Assembly (NCBI GenBank): GCA_027026255.1
Contig: JALVOT010000017.1
Span: forward strand, 177,670-241,669
Source: a candidate division WOR-3 bacterium
Lineage (GTDB): Bacteria; Hydrothermota; Tepidihabitantia; SM23-42
Direction: 5' to 3'
Length of the DNA stretch: 64,000 bases
Below the pieces are notes generated by a model. That model was not told the DNA's origin and searched no databases. It saw only the letters and a program-made list of their open reading frames with translations. Of this stretch, positions 27,831 to 36,404 are shown piece by piece (position 1 is the first letter of the stretch; every line of letters starts with the position of its first letter). The position numbers and the translations under genes were made by a program.

Positions 27831-29410
27831 AAAACCTCCTTTTTCACCCTGGGCAGATAGACCCGGCAGGTCGTTCCAATATTTTCCTTACTGGTTATCT
27901 CAATCTTTCCCTGATAGTCATCAAGAATCTTTTTTACGATTGCCAGACCAAGACCGGTGCCCCGTTGTTTTGTCGTAAAGAAAGGTGTGAAAAGATTCTT
28001 CAAATTTTCTTCAGGTATACCATTACCATTATCGATAATTTCAGTAACACAGAAATCACCGTCTTCGGAAAATCTTATCTTCAAAATACCCTGCTCACCC
28101 ATCGCCTCACAGGCGTTATTAATTAGATTGACGAAAACCCTTCGGATTGATTCAGGGTCACCCCGGATGATCGGTTCGACACCTTCAATCGAAATCTTCA
28201 CATTTTTCAAATCCTTAACAATCGCATCGATTAATGATTTCAGGTTGATCCGGGATAGAACAACCTGACGCCGGGCTCTTCCGAATGCCAGAATATCATC
28301 AATTATATTATTAATTCTTCGAGTGCCCTTTTGAATCTCGGCACTAAACTGTCTTATTTTTTCTTTATCCTCGGTTGTCTGTAAGAGCTGGGCGAAACCG
28401 TCAATTGAGGTTAAAGGATTTCTTATCTCATGGGCAACCCAGCTCGCCATCTTTCCTAAGTAGGTTAAACGTTCAGCATGTTTCAACTTCTGTTCCAATG
28501 CCTTGATTTCAGAAAGGTCCTTTAATATAACAACGCATCCGGAAAATCGATGTTCTGCACCGGTAATCGGTGATATCGAGAAACCGATCGGCACGGACTT
28601 ATCATTTTCAACTGTGATTAAAACCTCATCCCTCTTTATGGTTTCACCGGTCTCCATCGCATGCGCTATCTTCTCCCAAAAATTATTAAGTCTCTCAATA
28701 TTCTTAATATTGGTTCCTTCAGCCTCTTCTTTATTCAATCTCAGAATCCGTGCCGCCTCCGGGTTAATAGTGGTAATAACCCCATCATTGCGTATCGCAA
28801 TTACGCCGCTGGAGACACTGTTTATTATCTTCTCACTGTATTTACGCAGTTCAATCTCTTCAGCCGCAACCCGGGCAACCTCCTTTTTTAAGGCGATATT
28901 AAACCTTTCTAAATCTTCCTTCTCTTTCATCGCCTTACGGGTGGCACTCGACCAATAACTGCTGATAAGAGAAATAATAAAAAAGAAGGGAACCCGGATA
29001 AGGATTGCCGAATCGAGCAATGAAATTCCCGGTTTTGATCGATATATAAGCCAGCCGTAGAGGATACTGGCAACAATCGCAATCGGTAAACTACCACCAA
29101 TATCCTGCCCCACCGATGCGATGAAGATTACAAGAAAATAAATCAGATAAAAATCGGTCTGCATCCCCTCGCTGAAATAGATTGCCAGAGAGATGATAAT
29201 AATATCAAAAAGGAATATGCCAAATGTAGCATAGGGGCGATTGAATAACCTTTCAGGAAGATAATAGAATATAAGGTTTGAAATAAAATAGACGAGCGCG
29301 ATGATATAGCCCGGTTCCGTGGGTTTAAGACCCTTCTTTGCATAGGTCATCACCAAAATCGTGGTCAGGATTAGAAAAAATCTTAAGAATAGCAATGTCC
29401 TCTTATTCAT
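27827..29410 (-). CDS. Membrane-bound sensor histidine kinase (PAS plus HisKA plus HATPase).
   Basis: 527-aa ORF with 5-6 N-terminal TM helices. The H-box is HEIRNPLTSIDGF, and the N/G-boxes are NLINNACEAM and GTGLGLAIVKKIL. Confidence 0.85.
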   Translation of the reverse strand: MNKRTLLFLRFFLILTTILVMTYAKKGLKPTEPGYIIALVYFISNLIFYYLPERLFNRPYATFGIFLFDIIIISLAIYFSEGMQTDFYLIYFLVIFIASVGQDIGGSLPIAIVASILYGWLIYRSKPGISLLDSAILIRVPFFFIISLISSYWSSATRKAMKEKEDLERFNIALKKEVARVAAEEIELRKYSEKIINSVSSGVIAIRNDGVITTINPEAARILRLNKEEAEGTNIKNIERLNNFWEKIAHAMETGETIKRDEVLITVENDKSVPIGFSISPITGAEHRFSGCVVILKDLSEIKALEQKLKHAERLTYLGKMASWVAHEIRNPLTSIDGFAQLLQTTEDKEKIRQFSAEIQKGTRRINNIIDDILAFGRARRQVVLSRINLKSLIDAIVKDLKNVKISIEGVEPIIRGDPESIRRVFVNLINNACEAMGEQGILKIRFSEDGDFCVTEIIDNGNGIPEENLKNLFTPFFTTKQRGTGLGLAIVKKILDDYQGKIEITSKENIGTTCRVYLPRVKKEVL

Positions 29411-29442
29411 TTTAAACTCCTTTAGACTTAAGTATATAATAA

Positions 29443-29470
29443 ATTATAACTAAATTTTTTAATTTGTCAA
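29443..29470 (-). promoter_or_regulatory. Sigma70-type promoter in front of the kinase gene.
   Basis: On the minus strand: TTGACA - 16 nt - TATAAT. A GC hairpin (29487..29510) lies just upstream. Confidence 0.5.
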
Positions 29471-29564
29471 TGCCCAATAATATCCCGGGCCGGGGTGTGT
29501 GCCCCGGCCCAAAAGGAGAAGGTAGAAAAATATACATCTGCTGACCACCTTTACAGGAATCCCG

Positions 29565-30842
29565 TTACATTCGTAAAAAGGCTTTTACAACCGTTGGGTC
29601 AAGTTGTGTACCCGCTACCCTTTGTAATTCCTTTTTTGCTTCGATTCTACTGAACCGCTTCCGATACGGCCGATCACTTATCATTGCTGAATATGTATCA
29701 CACACTGAAAGAATCCTGGCATTTAACGGTATACGATTTCCCTTGAGTCCTGCAGGATAACCTCGACCATCCCAGCGTTCATGATGATAATGAATCCAGG
29801 AACGGATCGACTGCAGTTGAACCAAGGGTTCAATAATTCTGGCACTCTTTTCTGGATGCTGTTTTATTATCTTCCACTCATTATCACTAAGTGGTCCAGG
29901 CTTCTGTAAAATACTTTCAGGCACGGCAATCTTTCCAACATCATGGAGCAGTCCTGCATATCTGATTAACTGCAGTTCCCGTTCTGAAAAATCGAACGCC
30001 TTGCCCAGCTGAAATGACAGATTGGCGACCTGAAGTGAATGTCCCCTTGTGTAGCTGTCTCTAATCTCGATTGCCTGCACCAGGGCAAGCACCGACTCAA
30101 AATTCACCTCCTCTAATCTTTTAATAAACCGCTCCCGGTCAAGGGCAATTCCGATCTGTCTGCTGATACCGTTAATAAACTGAATTTCTTCTTTATTATA
30201 AGAAAACCGTTTATTAGAATACAATGTCAGAATCCCGACCGGGACTCCTCCCTTGGTGATTACCGGTGCAGCAATACAGGACTTAAATTGACCGACCAGG
30301 TCTCCATCATCTTTAAATAACAAAGGACCGCGATTATTCAGAATCGACTGCAGCAATCGCTCTTTTTGATTAATAATTATATTTTGAGAAAACTCCGGCT
30401 CAAGATTTTGCGATACAAGAAGATTTAAATTCCTGCCGTCCTTATTTATTACAAAAAGGCCGATTCCATCCGGGGACAGATTCTTTGACAGTTTCTCCAT
30501 AACCACATTCATTACACCATTATTACTAAAACTGGAAAGTATGGCCTGATCTACCTCCTGCAGGGATTTTAAACGCACCAGACTTTCTTGATGTTCCCTA
30601 ACCATCCTTAGAATAGCAACTATACCAATCAACCAGAGAATACTAATCCCGGAGAGACAGAAATTCAATAATAGATTAGTACTGTGTCTTCCATAGCCGC
30701 CTTCTATCCCTATCAACACCATAAATATCATCCCCAAGGCAATAAATATCCGGGCAATTCCCAGCCTCTTTCTAACCCGCAACAGGATAAATATACCGAT
30801 TGCCAATTCCAGGATAATTGAGATAAAAAAGGCTGACTTCAT
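29565..30842 (-). CDS. Membrane-anchored GAF-domain HD-GYP phosphodiesterase (c-di-GMP hydrolase).
   Basis: 425-aa ORF. The HD-GYP core is IRDSYTRGHSLQVANLS...LLHDVGKIAVPESIL...HHERWDGRGYP. Confidence 0.85.
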   Translation of the reverse strand: MKSAFFISIILELAIGIFILLRVRKRLGIARIFIALGMIFMVLIGIEGGYGRHSTNLLLNFCLSGISILWLIGIVAILRMVREHQESLVRLKSLQEVDQAILSSFSNNGVMNVVMEKLSKNLSPDGIGLFVINKDGRNLNLLVSQNLEPEFSQNIIINQKERLLQSILNNRGPLLFKDDGDLVGQFKSCIAAPVITKGGVPVGILTLYSNKRFSYNKEEIQFINGISRQIGIALDRERFIKRLEEVNFESVLALVQAIEIRDSYTRGHSLQVANLSFQLGKAFDFSERELQLIRYAGLLHDVGKIAVPESILQKPGPLSDNEWKIIKQHPEKSARIIEPLVQLQSIRSWIHYHHERWDGRGYPAGLKGNRIPLNARILSVCDTYSAMISDRPYRKRFSRIEAKKELQRVAGTQLDPTVVKAFLRM

Positions 30843-30860
30843 TTATCGGTTTAAACCCGG

Positions 30861-31061
30861 TCAGCTGGCAAATGCATAGACCCTTTGCCAGCCTATATCA
30901 TGGATTGAAACTATGCCGTTATAGAAGAGCCGCAGTTTCTGCTCAACCGAACTCTGTCTCAGTTTTAATACAATCATCTTATCATCTTTATATGCAATCT
31001 CACCCTGATACCGGGTTCCGTCCACCAGCCTTACCTCATACAGATGCAGTGCCTTCATCAT
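30861..31061 (-). CDS. Small protein of unknown function.
   Basis: The start is chosen at MMKALHLYEV, which is preceded by GGGGG and the stop of the upstream peptide gene. Confidence 0.4.
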   Translation of the reverse strand: MMKALHLYEVRLVDGTRYQGEIAYKDDKMIVLKLRQSSVEQKLRLFYNGIVSIHDIGWQRVYAFAS

Positions 31062-31071
31062 AACCCCCAGA

Positions 31072-31284
31072 TTAATCGATTGGCGGCGGCGGTTGAGGCG
31101 GTGGAATAATACCATCGGCATCCGAATCAGAATCAGCAAAACAGGAAACCGGGGTGAGCGCCTGAAGCACCGAGCCGACAACCGGCGCCTTCTTTACTGT
31201 ATTTATCTGCGGTGACTGAAGTCCGATACCCAGAACACCGCCCAAGAACAATACAATCAATAGATAGATTAAAAGATGCTTCAT
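31072..31284 (-). CDS. Small secreted Pro-rich peptide (70 aa).
   Basis: Signal peptide MKHLLIYLLIVLFLGGVLG, a strong Shine-Dalgarno AAAAGGAGG, and the C-terminal tail DSDSDADGIIPPPQPPPPID. The gene sits directly downstream of a sigma54 promoter. Confidence 0.6.
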   Translation of the reverse strand: MKHLLIYLLIVLFLGGVLGIGLQSPQINTVKKAPVVGSVLQALTPVSCFADSDSDADGIIPPPQPPPPID

Positions 31285-31309
31285 AAAAACCTCCTTTTAC
31301 ATACTTTAT

Positions 31310-31326
31310 GTGCAAAATCCGTGCCA
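31310..31326 (-). promoter_or_regulatory. Sigma54 (RpoN) -24/-12 promoter.
   Basis: The minus strand reads TGGCACG-GATT-TTGCA, a perfect match to TGGCACG-N4-TTGCW. It lies about 25 nt upstream of the small peptide ATG and is followed by an RBS. Confidence 0.75.
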
Positions 31327-31378
31327 GACCATTTTGTCTGGAATTTCAAGGTTTTGCCGAAAAAAGACAAACAAAAAA

Positions 31379-31395
31379 TGTGCCAAAATGGCACA
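31379..31395. promoter_or_regulatory. Palindromic upstream activator sequence 1 (candidate enhancer-binding-protein site).
   Basis: TGTGCCA-AAA-TGGCACA. This is a perfect 7-bp inverted repeat about 65 bp upstream of the -24 element. Confidence 0.55.
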
Positions 31396-31448
31396 TTTTC
31401 GGGCTGTTCTGTAAAGCATTGCAAACACTGCATTCACCAGATAGGAAG

Positions 31449-31465
31449 TGTGTCATTTTGGCACA
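31449..31465. promoter_or_regulatory. Palindromic upstream activator sequence 2.
   Basis: TGTGTCA-TTT-TGGCACA (one mismatch to site 1), about 135 bp upstream of -24. Another TGTGCCA half-site follows at 31468..31474. Confidence 0.5.
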
Positions 31466-31803
31466 TATGTGCCAGCAGCCCTGCAGTTTTTATGCCTGAA
31501 CCGGGCTGACTGAGTAATACTACCTACATATTTATTATGAAATCTCCTGAAATTTAAGCTTTTTCATTAAGGTACCCGCTTCTCTGATGACTTTACCATC
31601 ACAAAAGATTTATCCCCGGGTGTAATCACACATACCTGCCGGAACGACCGATATCCGGGCGAATTATTATCTTAAACCTCTCCCGGATTTCCTGACAATT
31701 ACTCTGCGGTGATTCTTCGCTGAATGACTTTTCTTTCTTTAATAGTCTGCTTCCGACTGAATTCTAAATTCAGGTGAATATCTCCGGTTATCAACCTGAT
31801 AGT

Positions 31804-31915
31804 CTGACTCCTCTCCACTTTTTGTCCTGGTTTTTTGTAAGCTATGTAGGTTACAATATAGCCGGGCGGCGTCTCGCCCCGAGGCGGGGACGCCGCCTTC
31901 GCTGAGAAAAATTGA
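31804..31915 (-). repeat. Repeat element copy F. It is a right-end stub in minus orientation.
   Basis: The reverse complement reads ...GCGGCGTCCCCGCCTCGGGGCGAGACGCC..CCGGCTATATTGTAACCTACATAGCTTACAAAAAACCAGGACAAAAAGTGGAGAGGAGTCAG. Confidence 0.75.
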
Positions 31916-31994
31916 TAAATATATTTTTTGAGAAATGAAACAGAAGATAAAAAGATGGTTAAATTACAATGGTCTTCCGGGGTTACCGGAAAAA

Positions 31995-34900
31995 TCAGTC
32001 GAAGGCGTTAACCTGTGGATGCCTGATCCTTTTTAATGATATCCATACCCTGTTGCCATTGATATCAAGGTCTTTATCTATTTCGCCCGTCTCTTTTTCA
32101 TCCATCGCCTCAATCACCTCAAGGGCAAGGGTTTCGTTTTTCAAATAATCAAGATTATTTATTATGGCATTCTTCAACCTTTCATCGGTTTGATAAAATA
32201 TTATGATGCGATCAACCAGGTTAAAATCCGCCTCTTTACGCAAAAGTTGAATCCTATGAATCAATTCCCGGACCAGACCTTCATCTTCAAGTTCCGGAGA
32301 TAACCGGGTATTGATACCAACCCCCAACTCCCTCTCTCTTACTACACTCCATCCCGCCTTTTCGACAATCACTACCTCAACATCGGTTTCTTCTATCCTG
32401 ACCTTCTTACCATTATAGTCTATGGTCAGAGATTTACTCTTCATAAATTCCTTAATCCTATCCGGACTGAGCGATTTGATAAGCTGGGCGATATTGCCAG
32501 CATCCCTGCCAAATTTGGGTCCGAGCTGGTCGAATCTGGGTTTAAGCTGGTAGGTGATGAGGTTATCCAGGGCACCGGGTTCGGCTGTTTTTATCCCCTT
32601 TACATTTAACTCCTCCTGAATGATTTTGATGTCGTCTTCTGACGGCCGGGGAAAACCATCCGGAATTTCAACAATCATCTCTTTAAGGGGCTGACGAATT
32701 TTGATTCTGACCTTATTGCGTGCGGAACGACCCAATGATACAATCTCCCTTGTTAACTGAACCTCATTTTCCAAATCTTCATCAATCATCTCTTCGCTGA
32801 CTTCAGGAAAATCATTAAGATGGATGCTAACTGGAGATTCCTTATCGACCCGGACCACTATATTCTGATAAATCTCTTCGGTTAAAAATGGCATTATCGG
32901 TGCGATAAGTTTGAGTAATTTAACAAGACATTCATATAACACGCAGTATGCATTCATCTTATCCTGGTCATTCTCAGATTTCCAGAAGCGTCTTCGGGTG
33001 CGCCGGATATACCAGTTGGAGAGCTCATCAAAGAACCGTTCGGTCTGCTTTACCACTGATACGACATCGTAATCATCATAAAATTTTTCACAGTTTCTAA
33101 TCAGGGAATTTAATCGCGAGAGTATCCAGCGGTCAAGTTTTGTAATACTATTTTTATCAACTTCTTTACCAGACGGGTTAAATCCATCGATATTGGCATA
33201 GGTGACAAAGAATGAATAGATGTTCCAGAAGGTTAAAAGGTTCCTCTTGATCTCTTTTGCCGGACCATAACCAAAATTTAAATTTTGAACCGGATTATGC
33301 CCGGCAAACATCCAGCGCATAACATCAGCTCCAATCTTCTCCGCCGCCTCCTCAAACCAGATTGCATTACCCTTGCTCTTATGCATCTCTTCACCGTGTT
33401 CATCCCGAATCAGGGCATGGCCTAAGAGCACCTTAAACGGCGGTTGTTTTTCCAGAACCGTGCTCATCGTAAGGATTGCATAAAACCAGTTGCGGAACTG
33501 CCCGGGAAAACATTCAGTAATGAAATCGGCCGGGAACCAATCTTTCCAGTAAGACTTATCATAAGGATAACCATTTTTTAGATTATGCATATCATCAGGC
33601 GGTCTGATGGTTGAATAAGGAACAATACCGGCATCAAGCCAGGGGTTACCGACATCAGGAATCCGGGAGACAAGTTTTCCACATTTTTCACACTTAATCT
33701 TTATCTTATCAACCCAGGGTCGGTGAGGTGAATGACCCTCAAATTCATCCCAACCTTGAATTGCTTTCTCTTTCAATTCATCCTTTGAACCGATAACTGT
33801 AAAATGGCCGCAGGAGCATTCCCAGATCGGCAGGGCAAGGCCCCAGTATCGTTTTTTCGAGATACACCAATCCGACATATTTTTTAGCCAGTCAAGTTCC
33901 CGGTCCAGACCGTATTCTGGAATCCAGCGTTCTACTTTTCTGGTAACCTCGGCAATTTCATAACGCAAACTATCCATTGAAATAAACCATTCATCAACCA
34001 AACGGAAGATTAATTCACTCTGACAGCGCCAGCAGATTGGGTAACGATGGGTATAATCTTCTACACTATACAGCTGTCCCTGTTTTTTCAAATCCTCAAT
34101 AATCGGATTGGCAACATTTTTTACATCCATATGGCTGAGCCAGTCGAAACCATCAACATAACAACCCAGCTCATCAAGAGGGGCAATGGTTGCCAGGCCA
34201 AATTCCTTACCCAGGGTAAAATCTTCTTTACCACAACCCGGAGCAATATGAACAAGTCCGGTTCCTTCTTCCTCACTGATTTCCTCCCAGGGTATTACCT
34301 TGTGCACTATACCCTTTTGCACAGGCAGATATTCAAAAGGCCCTTTATATGTTAAACCGATAAGTTTCTTACCGGGGAACTCTTCTAAAACCTGATAATC
34401 TCCTTTTAATACCTTTAATAGTTTTTTTGCCAGATAATATATCGCCCCATTATTTTTCACCTTTACATAGATGAGTTCCGGATGCACCGCAACCGCGGTA
34501 TTTGATGTCAGGGTCCAGGGTGTAGTCGTCCAGACCAGTAAATACTCCTGCTGCCGGCCGATAATGGGAAATCGAACAACCACCGCCCTGTGGGTCAACT
34601 CCTGATATCCTTCCGTGGCGATTTCCATATCACTTATTGCGGTTCCGCATCGTGCACACCAGGGCATAACATCCGCACCTTTATAGATCAATCCCCGTTC
34701 ATTACAGCGTTTTAGAAAATGCCAGATTGTATAATTATTTACATCACTCATCGTATAATAGGAATGGCTCTTCTCCATCCATTTTGGGTCATCAAGCGCG
34801 GTGAGCCATTCACCCCAGTCCATCCACATCCCCAGGCGGATTGACTGTTCAGTCTGTATCATTGAATATCGATGAGCCCGTTCCTTACATTTGCAGACAA

Positions 34901-35249
34901 ACTTATCAATACCGTATTTTTCAATATCCCGTTTTGAATTGAAACCGAGTTCCCTCTCCACTTCAACCTCAACCCAGAGCCCCTGACAGTCAAATCCATT
35001 CTGATAGCGTTGCTCAAATCCCTGCATTGTCTTATACCGCTGGAAGATATCCTTATAGGTTCTACCCCAGGCATGATGCACCCCCATCGGATTATTTGCC
35101 GTGATTGGACCATCCTGGAATGACCATTTTTTCTTACCCCTGTTCTTGTTTTTATATCTGGTAAAAATATCCTGACTATCCCAGAACTTGAGGATGCGAT
35201 GTTCGATTTCAACAAAGTTGAGTTCCCTGGGCACCTTATTAAAAAGCAT
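31995..35249 (-). CDS. ileS: Isoleucine--tRNA ligase, type 2.
   Basis: 1084-aa ORF with the HIGH-region variant PMGVHHAWGRTYKD, KMSKS as KMHKSKGN, and a zinc-binding C-terminal domain. A leaderless TTGACA-17-TATAAT promoter lies immediately upstream. Confidence 0.95.
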   Translation of the reverse strand: MLFNKVPRELNFVEIEHRILKFWDSQDIFTRYKNKNRGKKKWSFQDGPITANNPMGVHHAWGRTYKDIFQRYKTMQGFEQRYQNGFDCQGLWVEVEVERELGFNSKRDIEKYGIDKFVCKCKERAHRYSMIQTEQSIRLGMWMDWGEWLTALDDPKWMEKSHSYYTMSDVNNYTIWHFLKRCNERGLIYKGADVMPWCARCGTAISDMEIATEGYQELTHRAVVVRFPIIGRQQEYLLVWTTTPWTLTSNTAVAVHPELIYVKVKNNGAIYYLAKKLLKVLKGDYQVLEEFPGKKLIGLTYKGPFEYLPVQKGIVHKVIPWEEISEEEGTGLVHIAPGCGKEDFTLGKEFGLATIAPLDELGCYVDGFDWLSHMDVKNVANPIIEDLKKQGQLYSVEDYTHRYPICWRCQSELIFRLVDEWFISMDSLRYEIAEVTRKVERWIPEYGLDRELDWLKNMSDWCISKKRYWGLALPIWECSCGHFTVIGSKDELKEKAIQGWDEFEGHSPHRPWVDKIKIKCEKCGKLVSRIPDVGNPWLDAGIVPYSTIRPPDDMHNLKNGYPYDKSYWKDWFPADFITECFPGQFRNWFYAILTMSTVLEKQPPFKVLLGHALIRDEHGEEMHKSKGNAIWFEEAAEKIGADVMRWMFAGHNPVQNLNFGYGPAKEIKRNLLTFWNIYSFFVTYANIDGFNPSGKEVDKNSITKLDRWILSRLNSLIRNCEKFYDDYDVVSVVKQTERFFDELSNWYIRRTRRRFWKSENDQDKMNAYCVLYECLVKLLKLIAPIMPFLTEEIYQNIVVRVDKESPVSIHLNDFPEVSEEMIDEDLENEVQLTREIVSLGRSARNKVRIKIRQPLKEMIVEIPDGFPRPSEDDIKIIQEELNVKGIKTAEPGALDNLITYQLKPRFDQLGPKFGRDAGNIAQLIKSLSPDRIKEFMKSKSLTIDYNGKKVRIEETDVEVVIVEKAGWSVVRERELGVGINTRLSPELEDEGLVRELIHRIQLLRKEADFNLVDRIIIFYQTDERLKNAIINNLDYLKNETLALEVIEAMDEKETGEIDKDLDINGNRVWISLKRIRHPQVNAFD

Positions 35250-35398
35250 AGTAGTATTATATCAGATTTTTAATGACTGTCAAGTGCAACCTGGCAAAAG
35301 TTCAGCATCGGATATTTTCAGGACAATAACTTGATTATTATTTTGTAAGATAACAAATGAAAAAAAAGAAAAAAAAATCATTCCTTATTATTTATTAT

Positions 35399-35769
35399 TT
35401 AACTCCTCTCCATTTTTTTCATTGTGCCTCCCGGATTAATTGCAACGGTATTCTGGACAGAATAAACTTCTCTGAGATTATTAAACCAAGACGAAAAATA
35501 TTCAACAACTTCGTTTTACTTTGTATTTATTTGTCATTTGAAAAATTTCTCTACCATCTTCGCCCGGTTCCGTTTTTCTCAGCGTGGGCGGCGTCCCCGT
35601 TTTTTTCAGCGCGGGCGGCGTTTCCATTTTTTTCAGCGCGGGCGGCGTCCCCGCCGCCCGCTGGAGGTTTATCATTCTTACAGCCCGCCAGGCGCCCTGT
35701 CTCGGGGCGGGACGCCCCCGGCTATATTGTACTTACAAAAAACCGGGACAAAAAGTGGAGGAAAGTCAG
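35399..35769 (+). repeat. Repeat element copy B. It is full length and carries three tandem units.
   Basis: Left TIR ..AACTCCTCTCCATTTTTTT and right TIR AAAAAGTGGAGGAAAGTCAG. The internal sequence is about 90% identical to copy A. Confidence 0.85.
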
Positions 35770-35815
35770 CCTTATTATACCTTGACAACTAAAAAATTAT
35801 GAATAGAATCAGAAT

Positions 35816-36331
35816 ATGAAAGGGATATCAAGGGTGATTCTATTTAAATATTTGACTCCTCAAGAAGTAAACTGGATGCTGGTAAAATGGCAGCCCAAGG
35901 AAGTGCGTGAGGGCACGGTTATTATTAAAGAAGGAACAACCGGTGATGAGATGTACATTATTGAATCAGGTAAGGTCGAGGTCTATCTCACCCGGGGAGA
36001 TGTTGTGCTTCTTCTGTCTGAATTGCAAGAGGCATCATTCTTTGGGGAAATGACCCTGCTAACCGATAAGCCTCGTTCCGCAACGGTTAAGGCAAAAACA
36101 AATTGTCGGTTACTGATCCTGAAAAAACAGGAATTTATGAAAATTATTGATGAGAATCCCCGGATTGCAGCAAAATTTCTTATGGCAATGGGTGAAGACC
36201 TTTCCAATCGAATAATGGCGACCAATGCCAATTTAGAAAATTATTTTCTGATAAATCAGGCGATTGTCGATAACAAATCCTTTCGGGATCTTTATATCCT
36301 TACCCATAAGGCCCCATCGTCTAGCGGTTAG
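35816..36331 (+). CDS. Cyclic-nucleotide-binding domain protein.
   Basis: 171-aa ORF with the cNMP-binding signature (FGEMTLLTDKPRSATVKA). There is no obvious DNA-binding HTH. The 3' end overlaps tRNA-Glu. Confidence 0.7.
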   Translation: MKGISRVILFKYLTPQEVNWMLVKWQPKEVREGTVIIKEGTTGDEMYIIESGKVEVYLTRGDVVLLLSELQEASFFGEMTLLTDKPRSATVKAKTNCRLLILKKQEFMKIIDENPRIAAKFLMAMGEDLSNRIMATNANLENYFLINQAIVDNKSFRDLYILTHKAPSSSG

Positions 36332-36381
36332 GACATCACTCTTTCAAGGTGGAGACACGGGTTCGATTCCCGTTGGGGCCG
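36310..36381 (+). tRNA. tRNA-Glu (anticodon UUC).
   Basis: The cloverleaf is GGCCCCA-UC-GUCUAGCGGUUAGGAC-A-UCACU-CUUUCAA-GGUGG-AGAC-ACGGG-UUCGAUU-CCCGU-UGGGGCC-G. Its Glu-type D-arm is closely similar to E. coli tRNA-Glu. Confidence 0.85.
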
Positions 36382-36404
36382 TATTATTTAATTAAGGAGG
36401 AATT

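Noticed and set aside
29487-29510. GC hairpin GGGCCGGGG-tgtgtg-CCCCGGCCC, considered as a terminator between HD-GYP and the kinase.
   Set aside because: On the transcribed (minus) strand it has no downstream U-tract (the U-tract precedes it). It more likely acts as an RNA processing or attenuation element next to the internal promoter. It is kept only as a note on the promoter feature.
31276-31509. Two + strand ORFs (77 and 63 aa) in the sigma54 upstream region.
   Set aside because: They overlap the palindromic activator sites and the promoter, have no RBS, and their composition is driven by the repeats.
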